Shown here: positions 11,652 to 24,642 of the stretch, piece after piece
Layout: each line of letters opens with the position of its first letter
Position numbering within the stretch: position 1 is the stretch's first letter
NCBI GenBank assembly: GCA_964252035.1
Contig: OZ176201.1
Direction: 5' to 3' (one strand)
Length of the DNA stretch: 64,000 bases
Origin: Podarcis erhardii
Taxonomy: Eukaryota
Position numbers and translations under genes: made by a program
The notes under the pieces: model-generated
The model's input: the letters and a program-made list of their open reading frames with translations, nothing else
The model's database searches: none
Told to the model about the DNA's origin: nothing

Positions 11652-13652
11652 ATATTATTGCTAACTGACATGTGGAAATGTTTGTGCAATGTTGCCTAGC
11701 ATGGATATTTGTTGTGGTATTGGATCAGACAACCCTCTATAATTACTTCCCTCCATAATTACTCCATTAGGTTTAGAACTTGCTTCTAGCCTTCCTTTCC
11801 CTGTAGCCTGTAGCACTGCTTCTTGTGTAATAGATGCACAGCACCTATCATTCTGGCAGAGTAACTTACTGGGTTCTGTGTCAAGGATGTGTACACCACC
11901 TTGCATACATTTGGGACCAGAGTCTGATTTAGAGCCAATTAATTCATATGGCTGTTGTGATGTTTCTTGTGGTAGTTTCCTTTTGTGGTGACACCTTGAA
12001 AGAAGACCTGCCATAGGCTGATTTTTTTTTAAGCACCTATCACAGTTTATACCAAGATGAAATTAGAGAACTGCTTTGAAATTCAAAAAGGGTGCAGGTT
12101 TGTAACAAAAACTTTTGTGACAAAGTATTCCCAGTTCTCCAGGTAGTGGATCTATGAAAGACCTTTGACTGAGGCCTTGGAGGGCAACTGGCAGTCAGAG
12201 TAAACAGTATAGGACTAGATGGACCAAGTCTGATCCATTAGTGATTGGGTACATTATCGTATTCTTCCCTGGAGGTTGTGTGAGCTGTTGTATCGGTTCT
12301 TAGTCGTGGGGTGAAGTACCACAATGACTTTACTATTTTCACTCATGGGAGCGAACCCATCATTCACTTGTATAATAAAGGTAGACCATGAGGAATTTAT
12401 AGCCGCAATTATGTGTATGTCAGACATGGGTATGCTGATCAGCTGATCAGTCATGGAGACAACGAACTATTGGTGAGCAAAAATTCACAGGGCACAGCCC
12501 TCGGAGATGGGTAGCTCTGTGGTTTTTGCTATTTTTCCTAGAGCTCTTCAGGCATGGATGTGAATGACTTGTGAGAGTACCCTGGTTTCTTCAAAAGATC
12601 ATGTGAGAAAGCCATGCTTTGTTGTGTGTCATATCCACTGCAAAGCTCAGATTGAGCAGGAAATCGATCCATGAGCCAAGGTTGCTGCCTGCAGGGGACA
12701 GAGGCCCCCAAGTGAGGTGAACCTGGGGCTACCAGAATACCCTTGTTTTTCTAAGAGTTATTTTCAGATACATGATTCCCCACTCCATAGAATAGTCATG
12801 ACTGCCTCAGAATGCCCCTTGTTTCGAAAGCTTTTTGCTGACAGGCCTCCATTGCTCTCAACTGCTGTGTTACAGCCAGGAGAGTGAACAAAAGCTCTGT
12901 TGTTACTCGCAGCTCGAACAAGCCTGGCTGAAAAACATGAGATTTAAGATTAAAATGGGGGTTTGTGTGGGTGCTCATGCTTTTAAGGGTGCATAAGGCA
13001 GGCATGCTTTTCACAGTTGTCTCCACAGCTATGACATACAAGTATTTTATATGAAAATTGAGATACCCGAAAAATTGAAGGTGCTCCCTGGAGCCAAGAC
13101 AAACTGTGCTGCTGCAACTCACAGCTTGTGTTACCCTCATTCTATATACACTCATACAATGGACTTTGTAACTTCAGCTACTCTCCCTATTTGATCCGGA
13201 ACCAGGGTGGTGATAATTTTTCTTTCTTTCTTGGCTTTGTTTGCTTGAGAAGTCGAAGAGATCCAGTGACTCACTGCTCCACAGAGACCACTTGACTAGA
13301 ACAAAATAGCATAAAACAAAAGAGCTGCAAAATAAATTTAGTGAATGGAACCATAAATTTATGTGTGCTAATGTATCTAAAAGGTGGCTCTTTTTCAAGT
13401 ATACGTGAATAATTTCATAGTATCTTATGTCTCACTTGACTGAAATTTGATAGTAACATGAAATATACTTTCAGTGTTGTGATTTACTACAGGAATGTTG
13501 TCCAATGGGCCAGCAGGGAATAAGGGATGAAAATTTCAGTCCATGTGTGATATATATTGCTGATATTTTATCTGCTCTCAGTAAAGCCACAACTTAGTCC
13601 TGCGATTCAGCTTATGCCGATCCATGGACTGAATAACAGGCTGCGTCTAGAC

Positions 13653-13788
13653 CAGGCACCCCCAAACTCGGCCCTCCAGCTGTTTTGGGACTACAACTCT
13701 GATCATCCCTAGCTAACAGGACCAGTGGTCAGGGCTGATGGGAATTGTAGTCCCAAAACAGCTGGAGGGCTGAGTTTGGGGGTGCCTG
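13653..13788. mobile_element. hAT-type MITE
   Basis: CAGGCACCCCCAAACTC...GAGTTTGGGGGTGCCTG; perfect TSD GTCTAGAC. Confidence 0.9.
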
Positions 13789-13954
13789 GTCTAGACCAAT
13801 ACTTACTCCATTTCATTTTGGTTTTAGGCTTCACCATCTCTTTGCATTTCTCTGGACAGGGCTCAGGATGGATAGCAGTATGATAATTATTCTACACCCT
13901 CCCTGACTAGCAAATAACAATTTAATAAAAACATCTTCCGGATGGTGTATATAT

Positions 13955-14139
13955 GGATGTAGGAAGCTGCCTGAATTCAGATCACTGGTCCATCTAGCTG
14001 AGTATTCTCTGCACTGGCTGGCAGCAACTTTCCAGGGTTTCAGACGCTACTTTTTTCTAGCTGTACCTGGAGATGTCAGAGATTGAACATGGGAATTTCT
14101 GCATGCAAAGCAGAAGTTCTACCACTGAGCTATGGCCCT
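13955..14139 (-). mobile_element. Squam2-like tRNA-derived SINE (further copies or fragments at ~7049-7150 +, 12170-12240 +, 27476-27780 -, 32512-32678 +, 37280-37360 -, 41130-41190 +)
   Basis: Shared head TAGCTCAGTGGTAGA...TTGCATGCAGAA...GGTTCAAT and shared tail CTAGATGGACCA...GGCAGCTTCCTA among the copies. Confidence 0.7.
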
Positions 14140-15439
14140 TTCTCATGCTTGGCCATTGGAAATCTCTTCCCCTAAAGACTCGCTTCCTCTAAAGACCCCT
14201 AAAGTTAAGGAAAAGCCACAGGGAGCCCCCTCTTTCTGTGCAAAGTCAGTGAACTTAAGAGAACACATCAATTTCTGGGAAGGCAAGTGTAGGATTTTAT
14301 TTTCCCCTGCAATTTCTATATGTGCATACACATGAAGGATGAATGAATGATTCACAGGAAGACCCACAACCACCACACAAGCAAATCAGGATTAACACTG
14401 TCATATAACTGCCCTGCGAACGAAGTGGAACAAAAGCAGGATGAATGTCCAATAAGCCGGTTGTCTGAATGAGCCCCACATCTGAAACTGCATGGCTTGC
14501 CTTCTGTGGTTATGTTACCATAGGCAGCATTTCAGCTAGGAAATGACATCTACATTACACATAGATTTTGTATTTGAGAGTGCAATATTATTTTGATGAT
14601 GGCAAATAAACAAGATGATCTGTAAGTTAAGCACAACTTTCTTTGGAGATCCCTTCAGAAATACGGACCAAGGAGGAAGCAGCATGATGGGTCCAAACTA
14701 TTTTTTGGCATCCTAACCTACAGTGAGCCATCTATTTTAAAAGGTTATCAAAATAGTTTCACTGAAACTTGCTTGCTTATTTGTTTTATCTTCCCAGAAT
14801 TGGTAGTATTTCCTGCCCAGGAATTTTTAAGCAGAAGCAGGCCTTTATATCAAATCCTGCAATTAATTTGTCTAATTAGTTTACATAGAAGCTATAGCAA
14901 ATAGGCTTTTTAGTATTTTAGCCTCATTTTATAAAATAGCACATGCATGAACATTTAGAGGTGAGGGCTTGAAGCTGTGCTAATTTGTACAGGAGGAAGG
15001 GCGTTGTGAAGAGTCACTAGTAGAATGACAGGAGTGTTGTCTTTGGATGTGGTTAGCCAGATTTTAAATCCCCCTTTAGCTATGAAGCTGCATGGGAGGC
15101 TTAGAAATCAGACTAGTCAGGAAGCCAGAGAAGAAAAACAGCAAGAGGAAACTCCTGACTCTGTCCAGACACAACTAAGCCTAGTGCCACCTAGTGACTA
15201 AAGGTTATATTCAAAGAAGGGCTAAGTCACGTCCCTATTAGTGCAAGGATTTCTGCTTGAACTACAAAACTCACCCTGTGTGCCCCTTAAATTTGTTCTA
15301 GGGGTTCTGCCAACACCCTGGAGCAGATCTGGGGAGGGGGTGGGGGGTGGGGAGAGGGGGAAAGTCCCACTGCCCAAATAGATACCCATGCACTGTAGAG
15401 ACACATTTATTGCAGACCACCCTACAAAAATAGAATATA

Positions 15440-15658
15440 CAGTGGTCCCTCCAGTTGTGGACGGGATCCTTTCCGGAGCTCCAGTCAGACCTTGAGGTTT
15501 CTGCAGCTGGAGGTGCCGCTTCTGCGCACGTGCGTGGCACGAAAAAGAGCTGCTGTGCATGCGCACATGGCGAAACCTGGAAATATACTTCTGGGTTTGC
15601 CGCGTGCGTATCCCGAAGGATACGCAAGAAGAGGTGCATGTAAGTAAAGGTACCACTG
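15440..15658. mobile_element. Tc1/mariner-type MITE
   Basis: TA|CAGTGGTCCCT...AGGTACCACTG|TA termini. Confidence 0.8.
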
Positions 15659-17030
15659 TAATCCCCACCATGAGGTTTACAGTGAGTTTGTAATTTGAAA
15701 GTAAAACCTATAGTCTAGAACGCTCATACACAATTAAAAACAAACAAACCACTATTCTCTCCTGTGTTAACAATGATCAAATATTTGCACAAAGAGAATG
15801 GGAGAGGTTTAGAGGCATTTTAAACTTCACATAGCATAAACATCCCCAAGAATGTGAGCTGAGAACTAAGTGGTTGAAATGTCACAACTATAAATTGCAC
15901 TAGGGGTGTCTTAGGCCAGGCACGATCTTGCAGCCTCAGCTTCCCCATGTGGACTGTGGGGATAATACTGACCTGGCCTACGTAACAATAATCCTCTTAC
16001 AGAGCAATCTTTTAGTTTGATGGGACTTATTAATTTGCTCATTTAAGATTGCAGCCTTAGCTAACCTACTTCACAGGGTTGTTGTGAGGCAAAATGAGAA
16101 CTGAGTGTACACTGCAGCGAGCCATTTGAAGGATACAGGTGTGACACATAATGCTGAAAATGGGATAGTTTCAATACAGAAAAAGGAATATTGCATTTTA
16201 CTCAGACAGACTTAATATTTGTACCACATTGTGGAAAAGTTTGGGGAATTATTCCGATCCTCACACCTGTGTTCATTCCAATGGCTCATTCATTTTTATC
16301 TGTATACATTTTTAAAAGACTATATGTTATTGCAGGACTGTGAAAAAGATGTGGTTAGAAATCTGTGCACTAAATATGGCCACAGCCTGAAATAAGAACC
16401 TGGGTGGTATTAGCAGGAGCCAGCCATAAAATCAACACCACCTTTCTCAATGGCCACACAAAGATTTTTCTTCTTCACTTTCCCCCACCCGCTTAATGCA
16501 TCAGGAGGTATACAATTTGTGGAGGTGACATATTTCAGGTATCTACAAGGGGCATGTAGGTTACGAACAGAAAAGGCTGGGTGAATCCTTGACATTTCTG
16601 CTCCAGCAAAAAAAATAAAAATAAACACTTGTGTTTACTTTGGCATTACAAGATATACTTACTTTTTGCTTGTTTTTGTCCTCATGGGCTATGCTGAGCT
16701 ATAAATGGCAGGAGGACAAGGGGGCACATTGTGGCTGGGTGGCTAAAGGCCAAGCAGTTGAAAAGTTATGGTTTTGATTAAAATTGACAAGTTAACACTG
16801 CTTAGTTTTATTCTTCTCATTTCTAATTGTTGTGGTTGTTTTTTTTTAATTCCCGCTTCAGAAACAGGGATTTGAGCTTTCAGATCTGGCATAAGAGGAG
16901 GGGGTCCTCAGTTTCCTCCAGACTATTCTAGTCTCTCTTGCTTCTTATTCTCCACTTTGGTGGTCAGGCAACCCAGAGTGAGAAATCAGAACTTGTTCCA
17001 TTATTCAGCTGAATATACATTACAATGTTA

Positions 17031-17249
17031 CAGTGGTAACATATGCTTCGGGTTACATACACTTCAGGTTACAGACTCCGCTAACCCAGAAATAGTACCT
17101 CGGGTTTAGAACTTTGCTTCAGGATGAGAACAGAAATCGTGCGGCAGCGGGAGATCCTATTAGCTAAAGTGGTACCTCAGGTTAAGAACAGTTTCAGGTT
17201 AAGAATGGACCTCCGGAACGAATTAAGTACTTAACCCGAGGTACCACTG
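17031..17249. mobile_element. Tc1/mariner-type MITE (same family as 40159-40384)
   Basis: TA|CAGTGGTA...GAGGTACCACTG|TA; near-identical interior to the 40.2 kb copy. Confidence 0.85.
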
Positions 17250-17779
17250 TACTTCAAAACAGGAGAATAAAATTTAAAACATGGCAAAAATTGTTTTATG
17301 GGAAGCGGATTAATGATGTCACATCTACAGCCCCATCAGCACTAGAGATGGAAGGATTTGTCAATTTTGTTTCTTTCGATTTCTCATTTTTTCATTCTTA
17401 AATTCAATCCTGCAGCAACTAGCAATTTGAAAAAAATAAATCATGAAAATTATTCAGCATTTTAGTCTGAATTTCTCCTAAGACACATATTTGTATACAG
17501 TTTTGAATAATGTATGCATTTTTGCTAGTGATTTCTCCTAATACAATGCACTTTAGTACATAATTTCCAGCTATAGATGCATTTTTTGTAAATATTGTTT
17601 GGCTGGAGAACTCCCTTGAAAAATTCAGATAAGTGCAGATTTCAATGGCTATACTTTTTTGGTGCTGACATTGTTTTGGAATGTATGAAATCAATTGTAC
17701 TTTAATGAAACTGAATTGAAATCTCTCCCTTTCTTAACCAACTCTACACAAATGACTTCTGCTGTAGAGTGAATTGGGA

Positions 17780-17945
17780 TTCAGCTACACGGCTGCAAAT
17801 AAAACATCTTAAATGAGTGCAATATACAAATGTGACACTAGATGACGAAAGTGAGCTATGCAAAATTCAATGTATTTTTCAAAATGTTTTTAATTAAAAA
17901 AAGCATTTTCACAGCGTTTTTATCTGTGTGTAGATTCCACCTTAG
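17780..17945. repeat. Dispersed repeat shared with ~2790-2941
   Basis: Both copies contain GCTGCAAATAAAACAT...TGTGACACTAGATG...AAAATTCAATGTATTTTT...GTGTGTAGATTCCACCTTAG. Confidence 0.7.
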
Positions 17946-18017
17946 TTTCCCCTGAGCTTGATCCAGAAGATATGATTGTTTAGAAATACAAACACAATGA
18001 GCTGCACTTCCACAGTG

Positions 18018-18593
18018 TGTGATGGCCTGGGATTCCGATTCAGAGGATGAACCAGAGGAATCCCAGCCTGCACAGGAGTCCCCGCCTCCAGGGCCGGCTG
18101 AACTGGGGCAGGGCCTTGATTCTGAAGCGCCTGCACCTGTGCCGGATCCTCAGGAGCAGGCACCAGGTGATCCCACTCTGGCTCCAGAGGTAGTTGAGGA
18201 CTCAGTGCCTGCAGGTGAGTCTCCCCCTGGGCCCAGTAACCCTTTAGCCTCTCCTGAACTGCAGAGGCTCAGGGCAGAGAGGCGAAGGGAACTGGTTTCT
18301 CCCAGGAGGAGTGCTCGCCTTAAGGCCAAGAGAGGCGGGTCTCCTAGGGGCCGGGACCGCCCCTGGCCTCAGAACAGATAAAGGCCAGTCGGCCCGGTCC
18401 CAGGTTGTGGGAGCAATGTGGTTGTAGAGTATCTGTTCCTGCCCGGATCCAGACCTGACTCTCCAGTGCTCCTGTCCCCACCCGGCTTCCTGCTTCGGAC
18501 CTCGCCCCGCTCCTTGTGGACTGATTCCAGGCTAGTGACCCAGGACCGGACTTTGACTACGCCAACGGTAACCTTCCCCCCGGGATCAGCACA
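18018..18593 (+). mobile_element. Solo LTR (576 bp; Ty3/Gypsy- or ERV-type)
   Basis: TGTG...CACA termini; perfect 5-bp TSD CAGTG at 18013-18017 and 18594-18598; GC/CpG-rich against an AT-rich background; TATA-like GATAAAGG at 18377-18384. Confidence 0.85.
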
Positions 18594-18892
18594 CAGTGGG
18601 TTGTTCATTGCTAAAATAATTGACATCTGAATATAATGCTTTTCTCTGCAAAGATGCACAATGAGGTCATACCAAAACTTTAAATGTATCTCTTTTATAG
18701 GCCAATTTGGCTTACCCTGAAGAATCACGGGAATTATAGGATTGTAGTCAACGAATGTCTACTCAAAGTAGACTCACTGAAATGAATGGACTTCAGTTAG
18801 CCATGGTCATTCATTTCAGTTGGTTTACACTGAGTGAATACGACCCATAGCTTGGTGGTGTGATGAAAATATAGCAAAGCTTATGCTGGGAT

Positions 18893-18948
18893 TCCTTCCT
18901 TCCTTCCTTCCTTCCTTCCTTCCTTCCTTCCTTCCTTCCTTCCTTCCT
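18893..18948. repeat. (TCCT)n microsatellite; others: (CCTT)n ~33260-33302, (GT)n ~19607-19628, ~25643-25672 and ~42991-43026, (AAAC)n ~57367-57412
   Basis: Seen directly. Confidence 0.95.
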
Positions 18949-19996
18949 TTGATTTATGAATGCCTCAAATCTTTTTCGCATTGTGTAGTTACATTAGTCT
19001 GCCCACCAAACCTAGCTACAAATGGACAGTTATTTATTTTCCAGTTAGCCAGTGAAGCCAAGGGCAGACAGAGAACAAACAAGGAGCTTTTCAACACAAT
19101 GCAACATAGACGAAAATATATAAACAATCCCAAACATTGAGTGAATAAACAAAGAAACAAGACCATGGCAAACAAGCAGAGAAACCCCATGGAAGACAAA
19201 CGGGAGCCACATCAACCTCACTTGTTTATTTCAAAATGTGAATGTATTTCACTGTGGGGACCAAGAGTTGATAGCTTTTTGATGGAAAGAGAGGTGCGGT
19301 TGTGTATTTCTGGCTTCTTTGGAGTGGAATGAAGCCATTTTAGAGGAATAATTTCATTGTTGACACACACAAAATTCTGTAAACCATTATCTGTGGATAT
19401 TCCCAGACGAGTCACAAGGAAATGACTTCAGTAGAGAAAATGGGAGTTTGTCCTGAGTCAGAAGTACTGAGCCCTCAGTTTTTCCTATCTGAGCTCTGTA
19501 TTTGCTCAGCTAGGATTGTTCTAATGAAAGCATGGCTGTCATCTTGGGCTTGGCCAGCGAGGCTTCAGAGGACAACTGGGCTTGTAAAAGCGTGCTTTTA
19601 TCCATGTATGTGTGTGTGTGTGTGTGTGCGCGCACACACACTTATAGAGCTTGAAAATAAATCTCAGGGGAACCTGAAGTAAACAAAACGCAGACCAAAC
19701 AAATATTCCTGAATTTTTGTCAGAAAAATAAATCAAATGCTTTATATCTGAATCATTGCCTTGTTTTCAACAGCAAGGACTTCATGCTCCCCCTGGTGGG
19801 GAAAATGTGATACGAAAATATATATAAAACAAAATGTAGAAATGCTCCTGCTTTTGAGAGCTGTAAGGAAATAAGATTTTTAAATTCATTTAAGTTTTCT
19901 TCCCACAATGCCCTCCTAAAGTCTCAGGAAGGGCTTTGACCAAAGGTTGCCAAACGGTGGTTGCCCTATTTATTAATTAATTATCATTGTGTATTA

Positions 19997-20370
19997 CGCC
20001 TTCATGGATCACTGCCTTGTTGTGGCAAAGGGGCTTGAATAACTCAGAGAAGCAAGAAGATCAAACCTATCCATTCTGAAGGAAATCAGCCCTGAGTGCT
20101 CACTGGAGGGACAGATCCTGAAGCTGAGGCTCCAATACTTTGGCCACCTCATGAGAAGAGAAGACTCCCTGGAAAAGACCCTGATGTTGGGAAAGATGGA
20201 GGGCACAAGGAGAAGGGGACGACAGAGGACGAGATGGTTGGACAGTGTGCTCGAAGCTATGAACATGAGTTTGACCAAACTGCGGGAGGCAGTGGAAGAC
20301 AGGAGTGCCTGGTGTGCTCTGGTCCATGGAGTCACGAAGAGTCGGACACGACTAAATGACTAAACAACAA
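19997..20370 (+). mobile_element. Bov-B (RTE) non-autonomous derivative: short 5' end joined to the 3' end
   Basis: The 3' part encodes MRREDSLEKTLMLGKMEGTRRRGRQRTRWLD (Bov-B ORF end) with a (CAA)n tail. The first ~60 bp (ATGGATCACTGCCTTG...AACTCAGAGAAGC) resembles the Bov-B 5' end. 12-bp TSD with one mismatch: CATTGTGTATTA 19985-19996 and CATTGTTTATTA 20371-20382. Confidence 0.85.
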
Positions 20371-20590
20371 CATTGTTTATTAAATTTATATACTGAAGAT
20401 CACATGGTGGGTTACAGCACAATTCTTTAGGGTAGAGAAGCCACCGGCAAATTTAAAAGCTACCCTCTGCTGAAATATGAGAACAAAATAAATCTCTTGT
20501 CCTAGACCAATAGTACAGGGAATAATTGAGTTCTTGCTTGGTTGCATTTCCACCAGAAGCAGGCAACGTCTCATCTGAAGCAAACATGTA

Positions 20591-20939
20591 CCATATTTTT
20601 CGCTCCAAAAATTAAGGGGAAACGTGTGTGCATCTTATGGAGCGAATGCAGGCTCATTGGCTTCAGCAATAGCAACGCGAAGCCTCCGAAGCGCAGTGGG
20701 AGTGCTCCCGCTGCGCTCCGGAGGCTTCGGGTTCCTTTCGCTGAAGGGTAGGTGCCCCTTCAGCTAAGGTGCAGCGCCCCTTCAGCTAAGCGGGAGGAGA
20801 AATGGAAGGGGCTCCGTTTCTCCTGCCGCTTCACTGAAGGGGTGCTGCGCAGAGAGGGGGAGATTTTTTGTTTTGTTCTCCCCCTCTAAAACAAGGTGCG
20901 TCCTATGGTCGGGTGGGTCCTATAGAGCGAAAAATACGG
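20591..20939. mobile_element. Tc1/pogo-type MITE
   Basis: TA|CCATATTTTTCGCTCC...GAGCGAAAAATACGG|TA. Confidence 0.8.
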
Positions 20940-21399
20940 TATTTTGATTGCAATACAGAGCCTTTGCCGCCCTGATCACACAGAAGGGGAACAGTAAGTA
21001 CTGCTCTTTCTCTCAAATTCATGGTGCATAGTACCCAAGGCTGGTCCAATTATTTTTGGTAGAAAATTTGGTCACAGGGTCTCTTCCCAGTAATAAAACT
21101 ACAGCAGTAATAAATGAAATCACAATTTACTACCATTGCATCCAAAATCAGCTGCCTGGACAACAAACTCACTCCACCTAGTGGTGTGATCAGCCTTTCT
21201 AGTATATCACAGCATGATTCATCATGAAATACCTCTTACCCTGACCTTTGACACCTGAAATGTGTGTTTTCAGGACCCACCCTAGTCCTATGACGGTCAT
21301 TTAACTGTTTTTTTTAATACTGAACTTTAAATTGTTGTAATGGGATGTACTGGTGAAGGGTGTGTAAGAAATGAGGTGGCAGTGATTATGACAATATTT

Positions 21400-21857
21400 T
21401 ATATGCAAGCAGGTCCTGCTATCTGCATGCTTGCTATGCGAAAGGTCACTTATCCAAACATAATTATCCCCAAACTCTACTATACACTCCAGGTTCTGAT
21501 TCTGATATCCAAACAGACAGTTGGCCCACTTCCTTAATTTCTTGCTTGTTTCTGCTTTGCTGGTCGGTGGCAGCCATTTTTGGGCAGAACGCATTCAGGG
21601 AGGGGAAGATGGGGTGAAACAGAGAGCAGGAGCTATTGGAAAAACAAGTTCCCCCCTTTGTCTCTCTTTGTTGGTTGGCTGTAGACATTTCAGGAAGAAA
21701 CTACTGGAGGGGAAAGTGGGGGTGGGCAGATCGGAGCAATCCCAAATTAGAAATGTTCCCATAGAAATCAATGGACACTGTGGACTCGTTATGCAAACAC
21801 TTGTCTACCAAATGATTGTGGGAATGGATTGTGTTCAGTAAGCAGGACCTGCATATA
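21400..21857. mobile_element. Older Tigger-like MITE
   Basis: Inverted ends TATATGC(AAGC)AGGTCCTGCT...AGCAGGACCTGCATATA. Confidence 0.5.
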
Positions 21858-24054
21858 CAGCGCATTTAAAGTTACATCACACATAATATCTCTGTTATTT
21901 GTACAACAGACCTGAAATTATCTCCATATTGCCAATTGATGGCAGTGGAGAGAAGACTGAGGCTGAGAAACTGATGGCATACCTATACACTTAGTAAATT
22001 TGTGCCTACAGTAAGATTTGAATCGGGGGCTTGGGAGCTCACTACACCCGTTTTCATTAGATTGTGGTTTCTTGAGTGATATGCATATAGCTTCTTTCTG
22101 ATAGCCTCTAAGAAAGCCTGCACGTCTTGTCAAGTTTCTCAGACTTTGCAATTCTATAATTTTATGATTCATGTAGAACATGTGCTCTAACTACCGAGTC
22201 CTTTCCCTGTCTCAGAATCCTATTTTTCCTGGAATGTGCCTTTCCTAAGGGAGGCCAACCCCACATTTTGAGAATCGCTGCATCAGGTCTGGAGATCATG
22301 GTAGTTCTTGTGCAAGAACATGTAATTGAAACATATCTGGTCTGGTGTGAGCCAGTCAGCATGTTCTATATTTATCATTATTTTTTCTTCACTCTTGGGG
22401 GATTGAGACAAGAGGAGGTTATGGAATTGTCTATTCCTGTTTTGTTTCCCCATCAACTTCTTCCATTGTCCTAGCTTGAGCGCATCCTCCCTATGGGATA
22501 ATTGTCTCCATGTGCCGGTTCGTGTTCCTTTTAAAAACAGTGTCTTGTTTGCATTCCCCAACTACTAAATGTTAAAGAGCATTGATTTCGGGAGACTGCC
22601 ATGTTTAGAGTCACTGTGTCAGCTTTCATATATTTTTGTCCCAACAGCCGGACCAAAGTATATAAACGGAAGTTGAATAATTTTGTTTTTTGTAGAGAGG
22701 AAAGCAGAGGGAAGGGTGGAAAAACAGAATACTCATAGTCATTAACAAACATTTCCCATGGCATTTCAAAAATCTGCAGTACAGAGATGTCTGGGGAGTG
22801 TGAAACTTCTTTGTTAACAAAGCAGTTATTTGATATCACCATATTTCTCTCATAAGAAATCACATTAGAGCCCTGATCTACAGTATGTAGAGGAATATGG
22901 CTGGCTGACGAAAGTAAGAGAACAAGTAGGGCATTGTTGCGTTACTATCTGGCTGTTTGCCTGCACAAAAAATACATTTCTCCTCTCTCTCTGATATGTC
23001 ATTGGCTAGTTCAAATATTCCTCCTTTGGGGCAAAATTAAGTAACGCTGCAGTTCTGCAACAGATTTCCACTTGCGCAACAGAACGTCTTTCCCCTTTCT
23101 GCTACAGCCCTCCTATTCAGCTGCAAAATCTGCTCCAGAGGGTGGGGGGTGGAACATTAACACATTTTGGGGGAACAGGGAAGAGAGAGAAAGAGGAACT
23201 TCCATTGCACTTCGTTGTGCACCAAGTTGGATACAACCCTTTGGGCCGTATCCAAATAAAACTCTCACCAATTGAATTTTTCACCCCTCCCTGCTTAATC
23301 CGATCTAGGTGTTCTCTCAAACCTCCAGAGCAGATTTGGGGAGGTTGTGAGGTGCACACAGAGGGACAAAACTAGGGACAGTTCCGTTGCAAAAGCATAA
23401 ATCCTTGAACTGATGTTAGTTGGGTGACATCCTATGTCTCTAGTGGTGATAGAAAGTGCAGAACTGGTGCTGTGACCAGTGCTTTGCACGTCTGAGAAAT
23501 GTTTTAAATGTCTGCTTTTATCGCTATTTTTTTGAAATGAACGTTTCATACTATTTTATGCACATCACTTAGAGGTTTTATTTTTGATAAAGTGGTATAA
23601 AAAGCTTGCTAAATAAATAAATAAATATCAAACACTACAGTTGTAAAGAGCAGCAATGATATAAAAACAAAGAATAGGAGATCACTGCAGCTAAGACTTG
23701 GTGACAGCTCATATCTGTGTACTTCCTTGTGTACGCCCTTTGATGTTTTCACCATTCATCGTGGTCTTGTTTCCACATGCCATTTCTACCCACCAAGCAG
23801 CACTAAGTACAGTGCAGCTGCCCAGCACTGGTGGGCTACACTTCCAAGAAAATATAAGTCCTACCATCCATCAAATTTAAAAATAGGCGATGCCCCACCC
23901 TCTTTTCACTCCAATTCCTGCCCATTTTAGGATTGCTTTCAATATATCTCCATGCTGATCCTTCTACTGCTGGCCCATGTGGTTGAACATGGAAGCACCA
24001 TGGGCTCTGTGGTTCATGGTAGCGAGTGCTGGAACATCAAAATGGAGAGCCAGT

Positions 24055-24636
24055 TGGTGGTCCTGCACTAAGGTTAAGGCCTTCTGGGATATTTTTTATT
24101 GGGGTTAATAGGCAAGGAAATTCACAAAAAAATATGTACATTTGTTTATGTATGCCACAAAGGCTGCAAGAATCCTCTTGGCTCAAAGATGGAAGCAGCA
24201 AGAACTCCCCACCCTGGATGACTGGAAGATAAAGATGGTAGAATTCATGGAACTGGCGAAGTTGACGGGGAAAATCAGGAATCGACCCGATGAAAGGCTT
24301 CAAAAGGACTGGAGCAAATTTATTTATTATTTGAAAGAAAATTGTAAACATTTGAAATCGTTTGTAGCTTTAACATGAAATGTTTGGTAATGTGGAATTA
24401 AGGAGCTAATTTACAAGCTAGAGGGTGATTCTAAAAGTTGATATAAGGTAAAGAAGTGACTATTGAAATGCGATAGATACGTTATAGTTATAGGGATGAC
24501 AGAAAAGAGGGAGGGAAGGAGGTTGATGCTCTTTTTGAGTAATAATGTAAGCTGTAGATATGTGTAATGTAATGAAATGAAATATGGAAAACTCAATAAA
24601 AATCATGATAAAAAGACAAAAAAAAAAAACAAAAAA
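24055..24636 (+). mobile_element. 5'-truncated L1 3' fragment (ORF2 C-terminus, 3'UTR, polyA)
   Basis: WWSCTKVKAFW...AARILLAQRWKQQELPTLDDW resembles the ORF2 end of the 51-55 kb L1; polyA tail; 17-bp TSD CAAAATGGAGAGCCAGT at 24038-24054 and 24637-24653. Confidence 0.88.
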
Positions 24637-24642
24637 CAAAAT

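Noticed and set aside
12254-12454. Minus-strand 66-aa ORF (…SDIHIIAAIN…LHPTTKNRY…) in a mildly CpG-rich patch, faintly reminiscent of V-ATPase subunit F, which neighbours FLNC/SPMIP1 in mammals
   Set aside because: Only a few scattered matches, wrong side and strand for a syntenic remnant, stops in neighbouring frames and no convincing splice sites. A profile search would settle it.
18883-19140. ORFs with FLPSFLPS, VCVCVC, THTHTH or FVCLFVCL runs (also 25422-25801, 33078-33464, 42971-43186, 57218-57573)
   Set aside because: Translations of microsatellites.
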